Shown: in pieces, positions 25,422 through 39,439 of the stretch
Layout: the number at the start of each line of letters is the position of its first letter
Position numbering within the stretch: the first letter of the stretch is position 1
Origin: Octopus bimaculoides
Taxonomy: Eukaryota
DNA: 52,112 bases
Reading direction: 5' to 3'
Assembly (NCBI RefSeq): GCF_001194135.2
Contig: NC_068985.1
Span: 5,799,713-5,851,824 of the forward strand
Position numbers and translations under genes: made by a program
The notes under the pieces: generated by a model
What the model was told of the DNA's origin: nothing
The model's input: only the letters and a program-made list of their open reading frames with translations
Database searches by the model: none

Positions 25422-26221
25422 ATCATAAACACGTGTAGCAGTGTTAGTGTGAGGTTTATATGCACTTTCAACTTGTAACGTGAAAATCTTTCTTCATTCT
25501 TATTTCAGCGTCGTTTAATAATTCCTCTCTTCTGAAATTGAAATGTGAAATATGTGCGTATATATGTATGTATATAAAATTATATATAGATACATACGTG
25601 CATATATACACGCGCGCGTCCACAAAGACACACACACGCATTATCTTCCACCATGATTTGAAACTGTTTAATCTCGTCTAACTTTAATCTCGTCTAACTA
25701 TGGTTTACCAAACGAGAACTTTTACTAATGACATTCGTTCAATTTATACTGACAAAATATATGCTTTGTGTGATGTATAAGTGTTGCTTTATACAGCTGC
25801 ACACATGAAGTGAGGAACACCAGAGTGAAAATAATGTTAACAAGAAGGAGTGCTATCGCTTTCTGTGCTTTGTCATAAATTCTCTGAAAATCTGACAAAA
25901 TCATAATGACAACACGAAAGAAGAAGTAGGGAACTATGTCGCACACCTGGAGTTTTACGCCTGCCAAGAATAACCAAACAATGATTGGCATTAAAACAAA
26001 CCATTGATGACAAGTATTTTGAAGAATGTGGCTGGCCAGTTTTATTATGAACTGTGAGCTGCAACTCTCAGTCATGAGATTTTATTGATAGCCGATTACA
26101 ATGCTCAATAATTGAATGAATATTTGTAGGATAAAGAATGCTTATCCAATATAAAACAGTTAGTGACACCTGATTCCAAAAGTATAACTTGTCATGATGT
26201 TTTTCGTGAAACAGATTTCAA

Positions 26222-26428
26222 ATTTTGGTACAAGACTAGCAATGTCGAGGGAAGGTGAAAGTCGATTACACACACCCCAGCACTCAACTAGTACTTAATT
26301 TAAGGACCCAGAGAAGAGGAAAGTCAAAGTAAATCTCGGTGGAATTTGAATTCAGAACATAAAGACGAAAGAAATGCCGCTTTGCATTTTTCGCGGCATA
26401 CAGCTCATTCTGTCAGATTGCCGTCTTA
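26222..26428 (-). mobile_element. SINE family B, diverged
   Basis: 'ttttggtacaagactagc...gtcgattacacacaccccagc...ggaatttgaattcagaac...ctgtcagattgccgtc'. Confidence 0.8.
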
Positions 26429-26982
26429 TGGTTCTTGTGAAACAGGCGACGTGTTTTCAGCAACCTAATTTCGGAAAAACTATTTTAAAAATTAATACAG
26501 GTCTGTTCATTTGTAGGAGAACTATACACTTTGTTTTTAAGCTGCAAATGAATCATGTAGTAATCACTTTGTGCATAAAGTTGTATTTTGTGAGGCAAGC
26601 AATGTCGGAAGTATGAGACCAATATCTCCATTGACTTGCGTTTGGGCTTCTTCACCGTAGCTGATATGATATTGCATCAAAGATGGCGTCACAGTCTTTC
26701 TCTTTCGTGTACAATGACTGAAAATAGTAAAAACCAAAAGTAACAGAAGCAATGTTCGGAGTCATCCTGGAAGGCAAAATAGAGGCGTTGTGATTGTGGT
26801 GAATAAAGAAAGATTGAGGAGAGTAAAGAGTGATACAAACCAAAGCAAAATGCAAGGACAAGATTGTAAATTAAATGAATAAAGAATGGCGGGAAAGAGG
26901 ATATAAGGATGAAGACCATAACTAGCAAAATCAGAACTCAAAGAAAACAGTATACAAAGAATGGTCGAATGATGGTGAGGAG

Positions 26983-27300
26983 TAGTAGCGGACTGGCCAG
27001 GTTGCCAACTTGCCCGATGGCATGTATGTCCCTGCGAAATTAGAATCCATATATGGAGGCCCATGTTAGTATCTAAGGGGCCCATACTCTCAAGTTTGAG
27101 AATTTTGTATTCCTTCCTGGGAGAATGCATTAATTATTTCAGCCTGGCTGTGCTTCTAGAAAGTTGAAAAGAATACTTTTAACAAGAAAAAAAAAAAAAT
27201 TAAATGACAGCATTGTTGTTGTGGGTGGGCCCCCTTGTAGTTTCGGGTGGGCCCTCTAAGTCTCCTGGCAACCAATATTTTTAGACCCAGTCCGCCACTG
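26983..27300. mobile_element. hAT-type MITE (318 bp)
   Basis: 8 bp target-site duplication GTGAGGAG (26975-26982, 27301-27308). 14 bp terminal inverted repeats tagtagcggactgg / ccagtccgccactg match at 12 of 14. Confidence 0.85.
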
Positions 27301-28067
27301 GTGAGGAGTATAGAGAGGAATGAGACTTTTACAAATACATAGTTTTACCGACATATAGAAAATTAAGTGTATATGAATATATATATATACAGGTGTATAT
27401 ATTTATGCAGTTCCTGATCATTAGATTTATCGCCCCTGAATGTAATTGAAATCTCAGCGAGATCACATAGAGCCGTATCAGTGTACACAAACAAAGAATG
27501 AACAAGCAAACAACTGGTATCAGTTTAGAGCATGGAGTTTATATATGTAACAGTTTTTTTCTTTGTTTCTTTCTACTGTACATATATCCGCTCAATGTTA
27601 ATCAACTTATAGCCATTCATTGCTAGGCAACTTCAAATCTACTCTCCTTTAGTCGGAGTCCAAGTTAGTTTTAGGTGATAAGTGAACCTGAGCATTTATT
27701 GTACCTACCATTCAAAACGAAGCTCGAATTTGCCTTTTATTTTGTCGGGGTCAGTGAAGAAAGGAGCAAAAGAGGATTTTCGATGGATGGAACACTCGAC
27801 AAGTGGTAGAATCAGTAGCACATCAGACCTCTTTTTGTTCCGGTATTTTAGGTCCTGAGTTCAAATTCTTCTGAGGCCAACAACAAAAAACTTTCAACAA
27901 AGAATTTTAAAAATAACTTACAAAAGTAAGATTCCCAGGAGAGGCCAACTTCGAATGTTCCACCAAAAGTGATAGAGAAAGCAATTTGTGTTACATGCAT
28001 CACAGATAACTTGAAATATCTCGGGACTATTTTCGAGAAGAGTAAAAATAAAAAAAAATTTTCATAA

Positions 28068-28340
28068 CAATGGCCTAGTGGTTAGGGTGTTGTACTCACG
28101 ATCGCTAGATTGTATGTTCGATTCCCAGACCGAGCAGCGTGTCCTATTCTTGAGTAAAAACTCTTCATTTCACGCTGGTCCACTTTATTCAGCTATAAAT
28201 GGTTAACCCTAAAATGGATTAGCTTTCCTGTTAGAGCGAATGTTGGCTTGTGTGTGGTGGTGGCGGTGGGGCATTATTAGACAGCTAAAACGATGCAAAG
28301 CGCATTGTGGCCAGCGATGTAGAACAACACCCGACAGTCT
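28068..28340 (+). mobile_element. Old SINE family C-related copy
   Basis: A-box tggcctagtggttagg and B-box gttcgattccc, then 'catttcacgctggtccac...cagct'. Confidence 0.7.
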
Positions 28341-29539
28341 GGTCATTCATGTGATCACGTGATAATTACCGATATAAATGGCCACACTGAAGCGTTGCTA
28401 TATTGGTTATGTTACCTAACCTGTCATGATTGAAAAACAGAACTACAGATTGCCCGGGTCAAACCGATAATTCTTTATGTAGCCGATTCAGAATACACAA
28501 ACATAAAATACAATCATCACGAAGGAAATTCCCACTAAGTGAACATTAAAAACTTGCCGTAATAGCAAATTCACACTATTTCCTTTAAATAAATGTTCAA
28601 AGGACGATCCTCAATACCTCAAAGAAAAGCAAACACGTTTTGTCAACAAATTTTCTACGAAACTAAACACATAACAATTATTAAAGAGACACAAATAATA
28701 ACGATGCTTGGCAATAAATTTATATGCATCACACTTTGAAATCATGAAAAGTCTGGAACGGATCAAAGCCCTAGATCTATAGGAGAGACTGTGTTCTATT
28801 TCAACTTAATCTAATTCAGCTGATTTTATTTCACTGACAGCGATTTCTTTATTAATAAACCGTTTTATCTATGTTTTCTTCTGGCCGTTAACTTTTGTAA
28901 ATTTATCAATATGTAACGTACACTACCAAAGATTTTCTTTCTACCTACCTATTAAACTAACTACTTAGACACACGTACAAATAAACACATACACAGACAC
29001 ACACACACATCTTGATGTGTGTATTTATTATTAGCAGGCTCTTGTGTTCTACAACGTAGGTTTTCGCTACTGGACTAAAATCACAGACAGAAAATAGTCT
29101 CTGCGCGTAAAAAGACACAGAACAGATATCTCAATGCCGTTAGCGGACTGCCGTGTTTCAACGTGAAAACTCCGCTTCAGTTTGAGGTAGCATTGCAATC
29201 GTTCAGACAGGGAGGAATTTCTCAATCGATTGATAAACAGCAATAATGTAGTTCGTATCAATAACAGCTTCAGAGAGCCTCATCATTCATCAACATTGTG
29301 TTTTCTTTTACACACAAAATTACAAACAGGAATCTTTTATTATTTTTTTTCTCAGAGACAGGCGTGCTAAATATCTTGTACTTTCCATGAGTGTGTTACA
29401 TTTGTTCGCTGTTGCTACATATACTCATCGTATATAAATTGCATCCCGAAAAATGCTGCAGGATACAGAAAATATATAAAAAAAAGAAAGTGTGCCGAGT
29501 CACAAACAATTAAAATGCGGTCTATCAATGAGAAGTGCG

Positions 29540-29806
29540 TGTATATACGTACCTACATACGTACATACATACACATACATACACACAAATACATACGCAT
29601 ACATACATACACATACATACATACACACACATAAATACACACACACATGCATACATACACATGCATACATACACACACATACATACGCACGCACGCACGC
29701 ACGCAGGTACGTACGTACGCACGCATGCACGTGCGTAGTACATACACACACATGCATACGCATACACGCACGCATACATACATGCACGTTCGCACACACA
29801 CACACA

Positions 29807-29843
<37 letters not shown>
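29540..29843. repeat. Compound (ACAT)n/(GCAC)n/(AC)n microsatellite
   Basis: Directly visible; the source of the HT/CV-repeat ORFs. Confidence 0.95.
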
Positions 29844-29846
<3 letters not shown>

Positions 29847-29924
29847 GTTTTGGATCAGCGTTAAAACTCCAGTTGTATGCTTAAAATTCCCGTACTAAAG
29901 AAAATGCTGAATTCTGCGTAGCAT

Positions 29925-30480
29925 TTCTGCTACTTTGGTAACGTGGTTTCTACCGATACCAAAATCGCCGAGAAATTGGGCAATAGACTAGCAAAATCCT
30001 GCAATACCTTTGGAATACTTACCAGAGAGTGTGGAGAAATAACCTCAACACAGAGAGTAAGGCCATAGTGTTTACCATTCTCTATATAAGGCTCTGGTCC
30101 ATGCGTATTGTATCGTGGTCACACCCATCTCTTGTAGAGGTTCGTCCACCATATAATATATCAACTGAAATGACTGTCACCAACGTATGACTCCCGACAA
30201 AGGCCGGGGCCAGCCTCTTGAAAAGCGGACCATTGCCTATCAAATATCGAAAAATTATTTCCTGGATGATGAAACAGAGGTGCAGCCAAGAAGCGGTATA
30301 AAAAACATGCTATAAAAGACTCTGAAAGTTATTTCGACCGCCACCATTGGACACATCAAGGAGCTGATTGCGATGCTTGGCGTGGCATCATCCTGTAGGC
30401 TATCAGCATCCGAACGTGTCAGTCGCTAGGAGAGGAGGGTACGATAGAAGGGATGTTTCAGGACGGAGGCAAGCATATCA
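29925..30480 (+). mobile_element. Degraded RTE-clade LINE 3' fragment
   Basis: LGNRLAKSCNTFGIL (cf. I.NRIAKAS.AFGRL) and DCDAWRGII (cf. DR..WR..I) occur in the correct order. Confidence 0.6.
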
Positions 30481-30789
30481 CAGACATTTCTCTGTGGCCG
30501 CCGTAGGCGGATCTATTAATCACTGATCGGTTACGTGAGAATCATCGCTAAGATCTAAGGGCATCACAAGAATCCTCGGACATGTAACTTGTTCATATCA
30601 CGTAGGTGGAATTTACCCTTGACAAATATTGTGCTGAATCTTGCCATGCATATATCAATAGAGACGCGAGCGCACACACACACACACGCACACAAACACA
30701 CACACACACACATACACACACTGCATGTAGCGTTAAACTGTTATTTGGGGGATTCAAATAAAAATGTACACAAGAGCATAAATATTTGC

Positions 30790-30980
30790 TACCGCATTAA
30801 GGCGGATTGCTTAGCGGTATTTCATCTTTACGTTCTGAGTTTAAACTCCACCGACGTCGACTTTGCCTTTCATTCTTTCGGGGTCGATAAATTAAGTACC
30901 AGTTGTGTACTTGGGTCGATCTAATCGACTGGTGCCCTCCCCCAAAATTTCAGGCCTTGTGCCTAGAGTAGAAAAGGATA
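30790..30980 (+). mobile_element. SINE family B (partial head)
   Basis: 'tgcttagcggtatttc...gtcgactttgcctttcattctttcggggtcgataaattaagtaccag...gtgcctagagtagaaaagga'. Confidence 0.9.
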
Positions 30981-30985
30981 TTATA

Positions 30986-31200
30986 AGACGGTGAGCTGGT
31001 GGAAACGTTAGCACGCTGGGCGAAATGCTTCGCAGTATTTCGTCTGTCTTTACGTTCTGAGTTCAAATTCTGTCGAGGTCAGCTTTGCCTTCCATCCTTT
31101 CGTGGGTGATAAATTAAGTACCAGTTGCGTACTGGGTTTGGTCTAATCGAGTGGCCCCCTCCCCCCAAATTTCGGGCCTTGTGCCTAGAGTAGAAAAGAT
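30986..31200 (+). mobile_element. SINE family B, full length, tandem to the previous copy
   Basis: Head agacggtgagctggtggaaacgttagc, B-box gagttcaaattc, tail gtgcctagagtagaaaagat. Confidence 0.92.
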
Positions 31201-33740
31201 TATTTTAATGAATAGAAACATTACACTACCTTCAGTGTGTAGGTCTTGCCTGTCTACTCAATTTTGTTTCAAAGTTATTACATTTATGTATTTCTCGTTG
31301 TCAAGCATTTTCTTAATTGTACGTTTTTGATCGATGTCTCTGCTTTTGTACACGCCTGCAATGGTGGTCAACAGCAGATATCGTTTCTGCTATTTGACAT
31401 TATGTACCCTATCATACCGGATAAGTAAATATAGATAAACGACTTAATAGATGATTATCAGGATCGTTATACTTGATTAGAATCTTAAAATCAGCGCACC
31501 AACATAACTGTAGCACAATGAACACACAGACCAATATAATTAAATCAGAGAAAAATATAACACAGACGTTACCCGTCTTACATGTAACAGTGTTAACATA
31601 TATGAACTACGTAGAACAACGGAATAAAAAGTCAGAGTTAGTGTGTGGAATTATTAGAGATTCATATATTACTGTTAGTATCCAAACAGAATGAATTTTG
31701 CCAACGCGTACTAGTTTCTAAACTTATACGCACATATAACTGGACATAAATTCATGTAGGTTTAAATAGAACATCTTGTAAGAGATGCAGATCTATTTAC
31801 TTCTAAAATGTCATACAACTATGATATTATAACTTGCAATATTTATTACTTATATCATTCGAAGTTTACATTATTGTCAAATGGAAACTGAGAAAGTGTT
31901 CTTGCCGAGCAAATTGCATGAAATATGGCTAAATAATTCCGCTGGTCCGTATTTGCTTTAGATACACAGCTATCACTATATATTTAGATATTCTCAGGCG
32001 ACCATATGCTGTCAAGTCGTCAGACGAGATTCTTTCTCATTAATATTTCTGTTTTCATAGTTATTTATTATTTCAGTATGCTCGTCTTTTAATGACTCGT
32101 AAACGCTCAGACGAGCTTTGCAACTATATCTTTTACATCTCGAGGGCGCCTTAAACCCAAAACACATTTATTAGCATGAGTAGAGAAAGAATGGAAATTA
32201 TTGATTTTTCTTCAGTCTAAATGCATTTTCCATATTATATATATTTTCACATAAATATGACAAACATCTTTAAAGTCTCAGCATGTGTGCCAGAGCGAAT
32301 TAGATCATCGAAACATAAAGCGTCCTCCAATTATCTTTATATCACCATTATTATTATTGTTGTTGTTGTTGTTGTTGTTGTTATTATTTGCATATCAGTT
32401 TTATTTTGCAAGGAATTCTCTTTCTCTCCTCCGCTCACTCATAAACACATACATAATCACGCACATATCTTTATATTAAAGCGAGTACTGTCAAAAGTGA
32501 TGCGCTATTTCGACAAGGATTTTCACTTTGGATTTCAAACAATTTATGTTCTGAATGAGTTGTTATTCTACATACATTCACAGGTTATATTTGGAAAATG
32601 TCTGAATTACAATTTATAACTTTCTAGAATAGAGAATTTCTCAGCACTTGCCGTCATGAATGGAATTATTTCCCATTTACGTTACACGTTGAAACAGAAA
32701 ATATATCACGTCTGATAAGTTGTTGAACAATTACAAATCTCAAATTTTCACTGTATTTCAACATCAGCCACATATCAGGAATAACGATTCTACTTCAGTT
32801 TTAAACGCGCTAGATATATTACAAACAAATGCAAATTAGCATACAATGTTTCAATCCCAGAGGCTGCTATTTAAGGACACCTGCGTCAACAGTTAATGTT
32901 GCGTCTCTGACCTCATTCCAATTAGAATATTCGTGTTTTGTTACCACTCAATACGAACGGATTGCAGCAGTTGCAGTAAACTAATACAGACGCGTCTACC
33001 CCAAGGAAAACGATGTAAATATTTGTATTAAAAGACGCAATAAATAGAACGTTAACACGGAAATTAGAAATTAATATATAAGACTAGAAAAATATTTCCT
33101 TCGATTAATTTGCTTAACCTGTATAAACTTATCGTTCCGATATATTGTTGTAAAGAAACTTAAGACCAGTTCAAATATATCTGAGTGATGTTGGAATTGG
33201 TAAGAGTATTTTCATTGCAGTTTGTCAGGGAGAAAATTTCTTGTACAAGACAAAGAAATGGTTTTACTTAGCACGCTCTATCAGACAGATGGAATATTTT
33301 GAAGGAATTTAGTTGTTCCTCAGTACCAGATATCAAAGAAAGGAAAATCTGACTTGATTAGAATCGAAGTTTCCTTTATAAGAAATATGTTCATCGAGGG
33401 ACAGCGCAATTTGGCCGCCAGACCGGAACAAGATTGTGACTAGACGCGCCAAAGTATGTGGTTTAGTGAATCATCTGATTTGTGAAAGAAAAGGATAGAG
33501 GATTAGCAAGGCCTACTGTTTGATCCAGAAAGTTTCTGCCTAATGGATCATCGCATTACTTGAAGAAAATCCAAATTTCTAGATAAATTAAACCAAATCG
33601 CTTCTGATTGTCCCCTTCTGAATACAATCATTTAGCAAAGGTAGGTAATTATTTCAGTATAGACTCCTCTCTAATTTTGCGGAATTGTATAAAGTCTAAC
33701 GAGGTTGCTGGTTTCTTCCGCATTTATAGAACCTATTATT

Positions 33741-33947
33741 CTTTTCTACTCTAGGCACAAGGCCCGAAATTTTTGGGGAGAGTGCCAGTCGATTAGATCG
33801 ACCCCAATGTTCAACTGGTACTTATTTTAATCGACCGCGTAAGGATGATAGGCAAAGTCAACCTCGGCGGAATGTGAATTCAGAACGTAAAGACAGACGA
33901 AATACCGCTAAGCATTTCGCTAACGTTTCTGCCAGCAGCTCGCCGCC
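33741..33947 (-). mobile_element. SINE family B with 11 bp target-site duplication
   Basis: TAGAACCTATT at 33727-33737 and 33951-33961. Confidence 0.92.
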
Positions 33948-34127
33948 TTCTAGAACCTATTGTTACATCACAAGTAGTTATAAGCTTGTTTTATCAGTCA
34001 TTGTGTATTTAGGCGCTCTATTCATTTACCTCTGGTTTCCACACAGCATTTCCATGACAATTTTATTCCTTCCATTACATCCTTCAACTCTCGGTCTTCT
34101 TGTTCTTCTTGTTATAATAATACTATT

Positions 34128-35655
34128 GAAACAGCGAATACAGCTGAAAGCCCAACGGCTTAGGAGATATTACAAAAGAATCAAATTTTATCGACAAAAC
34201 AAGATATTCAAAATGGATGCAAAGAAAATTTACAGAGAAATTGGCAAAAGTAAGTTAAAAGTAAATGAGCCACCTAAAACTGAGGAAATGGAAAAGTTCC
34301 TGAAGAAGATATGGAGCACCAAAAAAGAATATAATGATAAAACGGACTGAATAGTGCGTGAGAAAGTGAGACTGGATGAAATTGAAGAGCAGAAATGGAA
34401 GGCAATAGGGGTAGAGGAGCTAAGATGTGTTGTTAGGAAGTCTCACAAATGGAGAACACCGGGACTGGACTGGATCCCTAACTTCTGGCTGAATTTTTTG
34501 GCAGAAGTACACCAACCTTTCGCTGCACCCTTGACGGATGCCATCCAGAACTCAGGGCAAATACTTGCCTGGCTGACTGAAAGAACAACATACCTTACTA
34601 CCAAAACATGAAGACGCAAAAAATTCAAAGAAGTCCCAACCAATAACATGTCTTAACACCACCTACAAGATCCTCTATATTAACTGACAAAATATATGCT
34701 TTCCTTAACCAGTGATCGATCTTTCCACTATTCACCAAAAGCTGTACCATGAATTCTTATGGATGAAAAGATCAACTACTCATAAGTAAAATGATTGCAG
34801 AGAACTGCCGGAGCAAAAGGAACCTGAGTATGGCATGGATAGACTACAGGAATGCGCTTGATAGTGCCCCACGTAATTGGATACTCAAGGCCCTTGAAAT
34901 ATATAAGATCTCTCCTGTCATCTCCAAATTCTTATAATGTAGCATGGCCAAGTGGAACACACATCTCCTTCTAATCCATAGTAATGGGATGAGCCAAACT
35001 AACAACATCAGCATCAAGCGAGGCATCTTTCAAGGTGATTCCCTCTCGCCATTAGTCTTTTACCATGCACTGCTTCCACTCTCAAACGAATTGAATAAAA
35101 CCAGGTATGGGTTCATGTTTATGATACGCCTATACACAATCTGGACCATCTGAAACTGTTTGCTAGAAATGACGAAGAGGGCTGGCAACAACTGTTAAAT
35201 AGTTCAGTAGTAACATCGGGATGGATTTTGGTCTTGATAGGTGTGCTAAAGCAACCAACTTCTATAAGAGGCAAGCTTAGGCAAACAGCTTCCATTAAAT
35301 TAGAACCGACGTAGTCATCAAGGAGCTTGACCCACAAGAAAGTTATAAATATCAGGGGATAAACGAAAGAGATGGCATACAACATGCTACTGTGAAGGAT
35401 AAAATAAGAAAAGAGTATTACAGGAGAATTAAGACTGATACTAAAAACTGAACTCAACTCCAAAAATTGTATCGAAGCCCTTAACACCCTGGCACTTTTA
35501 GTCGTCCAATATAGTTCTAACATTAAGTGGAATCTTACAGAGCTCCAACACATTGACAGGAAGACATGAAAACTACTAACTTCTAAGATCAGGCACCACG
35601 CAAAAACAGACGCTGATCGTTTTTATCGACAAAGACATAATGGAGGAATCAATTA
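34128..35655 (+). mobile_element. Degraded R4/Dong-clade reverse transcriptase ORF
   Basis: KQRIQLKAQRLRRY...YRQNKIF, KWRTPGLDWIPNFWL, RNLSMAWIDYRNALDS, IKRGIFQGDSLSPLVF and KIRKEYYRR...ILKTELNSKN; many stops and frameshifts. Confidence 0.9.
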
Positions 35656-36121
35656 AACATTTTCATTCACTTTTCATATTCGTACCTAGCATTAAGTTCT
35701 CTCCCATAGCACTAGAATATCCCTTTACACCGGTTTTGTCCATGAATAACTCCCTTAAAAAACGATGATCTTTATTACTGTTACTGAGTTTAATTATAAA
35801 TCTCATTTTCTTCATTTCCTTCGCAGTTTCCATTTCTCTTAAATCAAAATTCTTCTTCGAACGTCTATAGAGACACAAAAACATCTTCAACCAACAATTA
35901 CCTTTTTATCTAATAATTTCATTTTTATAGAAAATTAAATTATTTAATCATCTTTCCACTTTTAGAAAATCCATTCACTTCACTCACACATTCCAACCAC
36001 TTTTTTTTTTTGCTATAAATTCCATCAACTGAACTAATAAGCTTTCCGCTTGTAAAGTTCGTACAAGGCAAAACATGTGATCTTTTAAGAGGAATTGTAT
36101 TCGTGTTCCTGCAGTTCATGA

Positions 36122-36152
<31 letters not shown>

Positions 36153-37479
36153 CGTGTGTATATGTATGAAAGCGTGTAGAGTAAGTGAAAGAATGTGTGA
36201 GAGACAGCATGAGAAAGAGAAGTCGCAATGGAATGCGAGGAACGGAAACATAACTTTAGCAAACCTATTATAAATTCAACTTTATCATTCAATAAATTTT
36301 AGCAGTCTCTGGTGATTAGAAATATAATTATTTTAACCATACACCATTAATAATTCTTGAAAACAGTTGCGTGTATTCCTGTATCTCTTTTCAAAATGTC
36401 AAAGTCCAAACAATCCTGAGTTTATGGTAAAACTTACGCATTTTCAATTTATATCTTCAATAATCATGAATCGCCATATCAGAATATTTTAAATATTTGA
36501 AAATATTGGTTAACAAGACGCATTTAAATTTAAAATGAACAAATACTTATGAGACATATATAGAAAATATATTTTGACAATTTTAATATCGTCAGACATA
36601 GACAAAGTTAACGCAGAGAACGTTGGCGGTGATGACGTCCTCCGATTATTATTGCGATGATGACGTCATTCGATCATTGTGTGAATGGTAATGAATGTGA
36701 TATTATTACAGAATAAGTTATTTAATGTTTGCTTTGGCTGCAACAATTGCACACTGCTGTGCCTTGGATATTTGCATTTTTTATTTTGTTATTACAATGA
36801 CTGAGATTTCTCTGTCATATATGTGCTGTGTTTAAAACTACCATATACTATATTTATCATTATCTCTTTTTATTATCCCCCCCAGGTACATTGTCTGTGA
36901 CGCTTTATAATGTTTCTATCATCACTTTTCTGTAGGTGTTTCATAAATATGGCAACATTATTTACTGTGTATAACGAAACTTCGAATACTGTTAAGTCTG
37001 ATCATAATTTGTAATATGGCGTTGTCGGGCAGTTTTGAGATTATTATATTGTATATCAGCGCCTGTTGAGAATAGAATTTGCCAATAACTAACTCATAGT
37101 TAGTTTCCTTATACCAAATATCCATGCTTACCTGCCATTTTAGTGTTGGGAAACATTTGAACAACCTTCGCTGACTTCAGGAACCCACGCATAAAAATAT
37201 TATGCATCCTTTTCCCTTTAAAATTTTGACGAGGAATTTCAGTTAAGGAACAGAAACTTTCAGAGTAGACACGTTTTATAAAGCATAATGTCTCCCTGTC
37301 GAAATGGAATTCGAAGGTATTAAGCAGAAGATAGAAAACTCAGTAGGGGATAATGGAAAATCTGAAGTTAATGTAATTGAAGGAAATACAGAGACAGGCA
37401 CACAAGCTATTGCATTGAAGAAGATAATAAGTTGGGGGGAAAAGAAAAAATGCGAAATTAGGAATGTGGCAGAATTACC

Positions 37480-38110
37480 GGAATGACAAAGTGAGAGAAT
37501 TATTGGGCAAGCTCTTAAAGCACCTCCAACAAAATTGAAATGAGATATCTGAAAACCCTAGAGAATAAAATGGTAAAAAAGAAAGCGAAAGAATTTGAAA
37601 ATATTTTTGGATATGTTTCAGTTAATTGTCTTCTGGCGATAAATAGCCTATGCGAAGCCGCCGCAGAAGTAGTAGCAGTAGATGCTGAAGAAAACCTTAG
37701 ATGAAAATGACGTATAGAAGATACCATCAAAAGACTAAGAGGGAGTGGATTCAACTACAGTGGTTTTTGCAAAGGAAGTTGTTAGACGTAGGAAAAAACC
37801 CAATGATGGATTACCAGATGTAGGGTGAAATAGAAAATATTTGACTTGTATGTCGGGCAAAAATGGTATCCCCAATGGGAAAGCTGAGTGAATAACAACG
37901 GTATGCAACGAATTCATGAAACAGTAATCATTACCTTTAGATCTCAGAGCGAACCATCTTCGAAACAGGCCAATAAGAAGGAACTTAGGCCAAACGGATT
38001 GTAAGAATTTTCACTGAACAGTATTATCACCGATGTAACTTTTGAAAAATATGATTCCTGAACGTCTCTGGAATGGAATGATACCACATCGAAAGAATAA
38101 GGGTAAAAGA
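37480..38110 (+). mobile_element. Degraded R4/Dong-like fragment (region upstream of and into RT domain 0-1)
   Basis: INSLCEAAAEVVA, RIEDTIKRLR, NGIPN and MIPERL...KNKG match pre-RT and early RT motifs of R4 ORFs. Confidence 0.5.
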
Positions 38111-38856
38111 TTCCTTATAAGGAAAGACTAGCATGAAAATTGGCGAGGTCCTTAACTACAGATAGAATAGGTAACTTGTTTAGCCCTATAATAGAAATTA
38201 AGATGGAAGCTTACAGGTAAGATCTAGGCACACTCTCTCTATCCATGTTGAGGTGAAGATGATGATGATAACAATTTATTAGCCACATCGGCATAAATAA
38301 TGGAGACAACCCAAGGAAAACAGTAATTAGAGCGAGTGAGAGAAAACGATAGGGATATGGCTAAGAAGGTGGAGCGAGAGGGTGGGGCGAAGGTGGTCAG
38401 TATGTCAAAGCTGTGTTGAGGAGGAAAACAAACAGAAAAAATATAAAAGGGAGTGAAGATGGGTAAGTGTGTTGCTGCCGGTTGAGGAAGAAAAGAAAAC
38501 AACAAAAATACGACTGAGAGAGGAAAAAAGGGCCATTAACACCGGCAGGGGTCATGAAGGAGAGAAAAAATGCTATAACATAGAAAACATTTCGAAACAG
38601 CAGTGGTCAGACAGGTCATGCTACAAAAGATAAAAGCAAGTAATGGGAGATGCTACTCCGTAAATGCTTTTGTATTCTTGAGTTAAATAATTTGGTTCAA
38701 CGTCATCGGAAAGAAGTTAAATGATTCTTGTCAGAATTGCACAGACTTCTGTGATCCCTTGCAGATCGATACAGGATAACACCAGCCCTTTGCCATTCTT
38801 CGTAGATACTTTTGGTCATAAACGTAGCTTAAGCAGAGCCCTTATCAACTGAGAAG

Positions 38857-39172
38857 GTGCATGGCTCAGTGGTTTGGATATTCGACTCACGATTGCAAGA
38901 CCCTCAGTTCGATTCCTGGCGGCGAGTTTATGACCTTGCGCAAGACATTTTATTTCACGATACTCCAGTCCACTCAGGTGGTAAAAAAATGAGTACTACC
39001 TGTAATTCAAAGGGTCCAGCCTTTTGACACTTTCACACTGAATCTCCCTGAGAACTACGATAAGGGTACACGTGTCTGTGGAGTGCTCAGCCACTTGCAC
39101 GGTTAATTACACGAGCAGGCAGTTCCGTTGATCGGATCAACTGGGACACTGGTAGTCGTAACCCTCAGAGGA
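38857..39172 (+). mobile_element. SINE family C-related copy (different core, same 3' module as 18606 and 24430)
   Basis: A-box tggctcagtggt and B-box gttcgattcc. The 3' part 'gggtacacgtgtctgtggagtgctcagccacttgcac...gttccgttgatcggatcaactgg' is the reverse complement of 24450-24600. Confidence 0.85.
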
Positions 39173-39329
39173 ACCCTTATCAAATGAGATCAATACAGAA
39201 TCGAATATTGTTACTTGTTTGAGTACAGCCGATCCCGCTCCCATTTTCATTGGTGGGATCGCGTTTCTTTCAGTGGAATTATCTCCTTCATGTCATTGTC
39301 ATAAAGATTTCTTTAAGAAATGACGTGTT

Positions 39330-39368
<39 letters not shown>

Positions 39369-39439
39369 AAGAGAGAGGGGGGACATGGAATGTTTTGGTG
39401 CTAATAATATTAATTTTGCAAATAGTGCCGCGAACTCGT

